From: Nitrosopumilus sp.
GTDB taxonomy: Archaea; Thermoproteota; Nitrososphaeria; Nitrososphaerales; Nitrosopumilaceae
Assembly (NCBI GenBank): GCA_965224195.1
Contig: OZ245040.1
Coordinates: 192,001-256,000, forward strand
Reading direction: 5' to 3'
Length of the DNA: 64,000 bases
This document shows, piece by piece, positions 59,502 through 64,000 of the stretch; positions within the stretch are counted from its first letter, which is position 1; each line of letters starts with the position of its first letter. A model generated the notes under the pieces. That model made no database searches, was not told the DNA's origin, and saw only the letters and a list, made by a program, of their open reading frames with translations. Position numbers and translations under genes: made by a program.

Positions 59502-60248
59502 TTGACTTTCAATAAAGGCTCTTTAATTCTAGTAGATTATACTGCAAAGGTAAAAGACACTGAAGAAGTATTTGATACAACAATTGAAGAAGATGCAAAA
59601 AAGCATTCAATTCATGAACAAAATTTCAAGTATCAACCAAAACTAGTTTCTATTGGTGAAGTTTCTTATCCAGTTCTAAAAGGACTTGATGAAGCACTTG
59701 TAAAAACAGCTGTTGGTGATAAGCTCACAATTGAAGTAACACCGGACAAAGGTTTTGGTGAAAGAGATTCTGGTAAAGTCAGAATGATTCCTATTAGAAA
59801 ATTAGGGGAAGATGCTGAGAAAGTTTCAGTAGGTGATTCTATTGAAGTCGATAACAAAAGAGGTATTATTCGTTATATTGGATCTGGTAGAGTTCAAGTA
59901 GATTACAATCACAGATATGCTGGAAAAACAATTCTGTTTGATGTTAATGTCATTAAATCACTAGATACTTCAAATGATAAAATTGATAGTATTCTAAAAA
60001 ATAGATTACCTGTTGAAGATACAAAAATTGCATTTGATTTGAAAGATAAAGAAGCAAACATTGTGATTCCTGAGGAAATTTTACGTGCTGATGGATTACA
60101 AATCATGAAACACTTTATCCAACTTGATATTTTCAAATTTGTTTCTACATTAGACAAGGTAAGTTTTGTTGAAACACATGTGAACAAACAAGCTCAGGAA
60201 AAGAAGCCTGAGACAAAAGAAAAAGCTCCTGAACAAAAAACTGCTTAA
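59502..60248 (+). CDS. Long-type archaeal FKBP peptidyl-prolyl isomerase
   Basis: VFDTT, GLDEAL, GFGERD, VDYNHRYAGK. Confidence 0.92.
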   Translation: MTFNKGSLILVDYTAKVKDTEEVFDTTIEEDAKKHSIHEQNFKYQPKLVSIGEVSYPVLKGLDEALVKTAVGDKLTIEVTPDKGFGERDSGKVRMIPIRKLGEDAEKVSVGDSIEVDNKRGIIRYIGSGRVQVDYNHRYAGKTILFDVNVIKSLDTSNDKIDSILKNRLPVEDTKIAFDLKDKEANIVIPEEILRADGLQIMKHFIQLDIFKFVSTLDKVSFVETHVNKQAQEKKPETKEKAPEQKTA

Positions 60249-61288
60249 ATTATTCCAGTACTCTTTGCTAAATTTAATGCAATTTTTTCTGTCATTTTAA
60301 TTTCTTTTAGAATTGTATATCTTTCTGGTCGAAGATCTTGTGCAATCATTAGAGCTTTTATGATTATTTCTGGTTTTAGACCAATTTGTTTTGCAGATGT
60401 GGGAGCTCCTACATCTTTCAATGTCTTTATAATTTTCTTCCAATCTTGCCCTTGTAGTTTTCCTATCATGATAGAACCTAATCCACATTTTTCTCCATGT
60501 AATCCTATTCCAGGAGCAAGTTTGTCAAGTGCATGTGAAACAAGATGTTCTGCACCTGAACATGGTCTACTACTTCCTGCAATACATGATGCAACTCCTG
60601 CACTGATTAATCCTTCCACAATTACTCTAGCATCTAATCCTTTTTTTGCAAATTCAGAAGAATTTTCCATGACAATTTTGGCACTCATTAAAGCTAAATC
60701 TGCTGCATATCTGCCATAGTATTCCTTTTTCTTTTTGTGACCTAGTTGCCAATCTTTTACAGCTATAATATTTGCAATAAGGTCTCCACAACCACTTGCA
60801 AGTAATTTTGCTGGGGCTTTTTTAATGATATCAATATCAACAAAAACACCCATGGGTGCAGTTGCTACTATAGAATGTGGTTTATCACTCTTTACTGAAA
60901 CAAAAGGACTGGCCATCCCATCGTGAGATGCAGCTGTTGGCAAACTTACAAATGGTTTTTCTAAATTATATGAAATTAATTTTGCAGTATCTACAGAACG
61001 ACCTCCTCCAATTCCTACAATTAGATCTGAATTATCTTTTTTAACGTCTTTTTGAATTTTATTTAATGATTTTATTTGATTATCTATTGAAGTATGCCAA
61101 ATAAATTGAATTTTTTTTGTTTTTAATGATTTTTCAATTTTTTTCTTTAATATTTTTTGAACATTTGTTCCAGCAATCAAAGATACTTTTTTTGGTTTAT
61201 TTAATGAAATGAGAAATTTACCAAAATCGTTAATGTTCTTTTCTCCTATCTCAATGAGCCTAGGTAATTCCATTTTGTGTGATTGCAT
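60245..61288 (-). CDS. egsA: sn-glycerol-1-phosphate dehydrogenase
   Basis: GGGRSVDTAK, TAASHDG.AS, SRPCSGAEH, LHGE, RPERYTIL. Confidence 0.96.
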   Translation of the reverse strand: MQSHKMELPRLIEIGEKNINDFGKFLISLNKPKKVSLIAGTNVQKILKKKIEKSLKTKKIQFIWHTSIDNQIKSLNKIQKDVKKDNSDLIVGIGGGRSVDTAKLISYNLEKPFVSLPTAASHDGMASPFVSVKSDKPHSIVATAPMGVFVDIDIIKKAPAKLLASGCGDLIANIIAVKDWQLGHKKKKEYYGRYAADLALMSAKIVMENSSEFAKKGLDARVIVEGLISAGVASCIAGSSRPCSGAEHLVSHALDKLAPGIGLHGEKCGLGSIMIGKLQGQDWKKIIKTLKDVGAPTSAKQIGLKPEIIIKALMIAQDLRPERYTILKEIKMTEKIALNLAKSTGII

Positions 61289-61384
61289 GCAATCATGATT
61301 TTTTCTCATTATTTATGATTTCAAGGGATCAAAAAGTTATTTAAAAGGGGGAGATTCCCTTTACTTTATCTTAATAGGTGTATT

Positions 61385-62017
61385 TTGTCAAATAACGTTG
61401 AAGAAAAAATTCTGCATGGGACTACCACAGTAGGTATCAAGGCTAAAGACGGTGTCGTATTATGCGCCGACATGAGAGCCAGTGCAGGCTATTTTATCGC
61501 AAATAACAATACTATGAAAATTCAACAAATTGATCAACATGCAGGGCTTACCTTAGCAGGTGGTGTTGCTGATGCACAAAATATTGTTGATATCTTACGT
61601 TACCATTCTAATCTTCACAGAGTTGAAAAACAAGGTGACATTTCTATTCATTCACTTGCAAGATTATGTTCATTGATATTTCATCAAAACAGAGGATATC
61701 CGTTTACGGCTGATATCTTACTTGGTGGTTATGATGCAAACGGTCCGGCATTATTTAATGTAGATATGTTTGGATCTGTTGAAGAGAAATCATATGTTAC
61801 AACTGGCAGCGGCTCTCCAGTAGCTTATGGTTTACTTGAAGAAGAATACAAAGAAGACCTTTCAATTGAAGAAGCAAAACAAGTAGCTTTAAGAGCTGTT
61901 AAAGCCGCAATAACTAGAAACATTGGTACAGGCGATGGAATTAACATCGCAGTTATGGACAAGGACGGTTTCCGTCTATTAACCGATGAGCAAAAGAAAG
62001 CCGTCATCGAACTTTAG
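61385..62017 (+). CDS. psmB: Proteasome beta subunit
   Basis: HG|TTTVG, ADMRAS, GSGS. Confidence 0.97.
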   Translation: MSNNVEEKILHGTTTVGIKAKDGVVLCADMRASAGYFIANNNTMKIQQIDQHAGLTLAGGVADAQNIVDILRYHSNLHRVEKQGDISIHSLARLCSLIFHQNRGYPFTADILLGGYDANGPALFNVDMFGSVEEKSYVTTGSGSPVAYGLLEEEYKEDLSIEEAKQVALRAVKAAITRNIGTGDGINIAVMDKDGFRLLTDEQKKAVIEL

Positions 62018-62024
62018 TGATTTA

Positions 62025-63965
62025 ATGCAACGTAAATATCAAGAAAAAGAATTACCTCCTACTAGCCAGAATATAATGGCCACCATACTGCAAAGTATAC
62101 CTAAGGAAGCAAGTGTAACAAAAATAGAATACGAAGGACCAAGAATTGCTCTTTATACAAATTCTCCACGTTACTTGATGGAAAACAATGATACAATTTC
62201 TAACCTTGTTAACATAATTAAAAAAAGAATTGTCGTTAGAACTGATGAATCAATTAGAAAACCTGAAGCTGAAGCAAGAAATTTTTTAGCAGATTGTGTC
62301 CCAAAAGAAGCTAATCTACAGGGAACTATTTTTGATACTGCAACTGGTGAAGTATCAGTTGAAGTAAAAAGACCTTGGTTGTTACAAAGAAATGCAAAAG
62401 AATTCAATCATGCAGAAGTAACTGAAAAGATAGGTTGGAGATTAAGAGTTAGAAAAGCCACAACCATTCCTTCACGTACAATTCAAACAATTAATGCAAC
62501 TCTAAAACAAGCCTCTGCTGAAAGAGGTAAACAGCTAAAACAAGTAGGTGATGAAATTTTCAGACCTCGATTATCTCAAAGAACCGAAGTGTCACTTCAT
62601 ACTCTTGGTGGATTCGGTCAAGTAGGACGATCTTCAATGTTACTATCTACTCCTGAAAGTAAGATCTTGGTTGACTGTGGAATTAACCCCGGTGCACGTT
62701 CTCCAATGGATGCATTTCCAAGATTAGATTCTCTAAACATAACACTAGATGAACTTGATGCTATAGTTATTGGGCATGCACACTTGGATCACACTGGATT
62801 CTTACCTGCATTATGTAAATATGGATACAAAGGCCCAATCTATTGTACTGAACCAACATTACCAATGATGAATCTAATTCAATTAGATGCTATCAAAGTA
62901 GCTGCTGCCCAAGGTAGAACTCCAATTTATGCTGAACGTGATGTAAAACAAGTCATGAGACAAACAATCACTTTACCATATGGAACTGTAACTGATATTT
63001 CCCCTGACATTAAACTAGTTCTTGCAAATGCAGGTCATATTCTAGGTTCTGCCTTATGTCATTTTCATATTGGAAATGGTGATCATAACTTTGTTTATTC
63101 AGGTGATATTAAATTTGGAAAAAGTATTTTGTTTGAAGCTGCTAGTTGGAATTTCTCAAGAGTTGAAACTTTATTGATTGAAAGTACGTATGGTCTTAAA
63201 GAAGATATTCAACCAACCCGACAACAAGTTGAATCTTCTTTCATCAATGCTGTAAACAATACATTAGCCGATGGTGGTAAAGTTTTGATTCCTATACCAG
63301 CAGTTGGGCGTGCACAAGAAATTATGATGGTAATTGATCACTATATGAAATCAGGAGAAATGGTTGAAGCACCTGTATTTACTGAAGGAATGATTTCCGA
63401 GGCATCAGCAATCCATGAATCTTATCCTGAATATCTTGCAAGAGAACTTAAACAAAAAATATTAGAAACAGATGATAATCCATTTGATTCTGAATACTTC
63501 ACTAATATTGAACATGCAGATGCTAGAGAAGAGCCTATGAGAGATAATTCACACTGTATTATCTTGGCAACATCTGGAATGTTAGAAGGTGGACCAGTTT
63601 TAGAATATTTCAAAAACATTGCACCTGATAAAAAGAACAAAGTACTGTTTGTTTCTTATCAAGTAAACGGAACTTTGGGAAGAAGAATCCTTGATGGTTC
63701 TAAACAAGCAACTATGTTAGGTAAAGAAGGAAAAGTTGAAGTTGTATCAATTAACTGTAGTGTTGAAAAATTAGATGGTTTTAGTGGACACAGTGATTAT
63801 AACCAATTAATGTCATTTGTACAAAGATTAAGACCAAAACTTCGTCGTGTATTGGTTAATCACGGAGAACGTTCAAAATCAGAAAACCTTGCAATGAATA
63901 TTAGACGAATGTATAAGCTACCTGCACATTATCCACAAGTTCAAGAAGCAATAAAATTATTTTAG
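62025..63965 (+). CDS. fttA: aCPSF1/FttA beta-CASP ribonuclease (termination factor)
   Basis: KH domains (EYEGP), HAHLDH, AGHILG, ESTYG, TSGML.GG, FSGHSD, NHGE. Confidence 0.96.
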   Translation: MQRKYQEKELPPTSQNIMATILQSIPKEASVTKIEYEGPRIALYTNSPRYLMENNDTISNLVNIIKKRIVVRTDESIRKPEAEARNFLADCVPKEANLQGTIFDTATGEVSVEVKRPWLLQRNAKEFNHAEVTEKIGWRLRVRKATTIPSRTIQTINATLKQASAERGKQLKQVGDEIFRPRLSQRTEVSLHTLGGFGQVGRSSMLLSTPESKILVDCGINPGARSPMDAFPRLDSLNITLDELDAIVIGHAHLDHTGFLPALCKYGYKGPIYCTEPTLPMMNLIQLDAIKVAAAQGRTPIYAERDVKQVMRQTITLPYGTVTDISPDIKLVLANAGHILGSALCHFHIGNGDHNFVYSGDIKFGKSILFEAASWNFSRVETLLIESTYGLKEDIQPTRQQVESSFINAVNNTLADGGKVLIPIPAVGRAQEIMMVIDHYMKSGEMVEAPVFTEGMISEASAIHESYPEYLARELKQKILETDDNPFDSEYFTNIEHADAREEPMRDNSHCIILATSGMLEGGPVLEYFKNIAPDKKNKVLFVSYQVNGTLGRRILDGSKQATMLGKEGKVEVVSINCSVEKLDGFSGHSDYNQLMSFVQRLRPKLRRVLVNHGERSKSENLAMNIRRMYKLPAHYPQVQEAIKLF

Positions 63966-64000
63966 ATCATATTCTGGTTTCCAGATTTTTATACTGGATG

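Noticed and set aside
12020-61387. Frequent TTG starts and short convergent gene overlaps
   Set aside because: Ordinary for streamlined Nitrosopumilus-type genomes
1697-63640. Numerous 60-140 aa antisense or nested ORFs in the track
   Set aside because: They lie within well-supported genes and show no recognisable motifs

Overview
AT-rich, gene-dense archaeal chromosome segment. The gene set (PolD DP1/DP2, Orc1/Cdc6, GINS, PCNA, thermosome, GGGP synthase, EgsA, TFS, aCPSF1, BluB, PEF-CTERM protein, stand-alone MtrA, many TTG starts) points to a Nitrosopumilus-like ammonia-oxidising thaumarchaeon. It contains the Cdc6-linked replication origin (ORB boxes at 4285-4467), three tRNAs (Pro-GGG, Arg-CCT with a D-loop intron, Val-GAC) and mostly housekeeping genes. 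I found no CRISPR array or mobile element. Main observations: (1) four small DNA-binding genes, one of them membrane-anchored, lie beside oriC with two dense motif clusters (GTTAAC x5 in the origin; ATCAC x13 at 5860-6151, extending into coding sequence), a candidate origin tethering/segregation or replication-control module; (2) an mscS / KamA-family aminomutase / second divergent glutamine synthetase locus, a candidate beta-amino-acid osmolyte pathway; (3) repeated G:C->A:T substitutions at normally conserved motif residues plus two disrupted genes, suggesting drift or data damage; (4) several tiny ORFs missing from the ORF track, including a tandem paralog pair. Annotations come from motif recognition by eye; no database searches were run.
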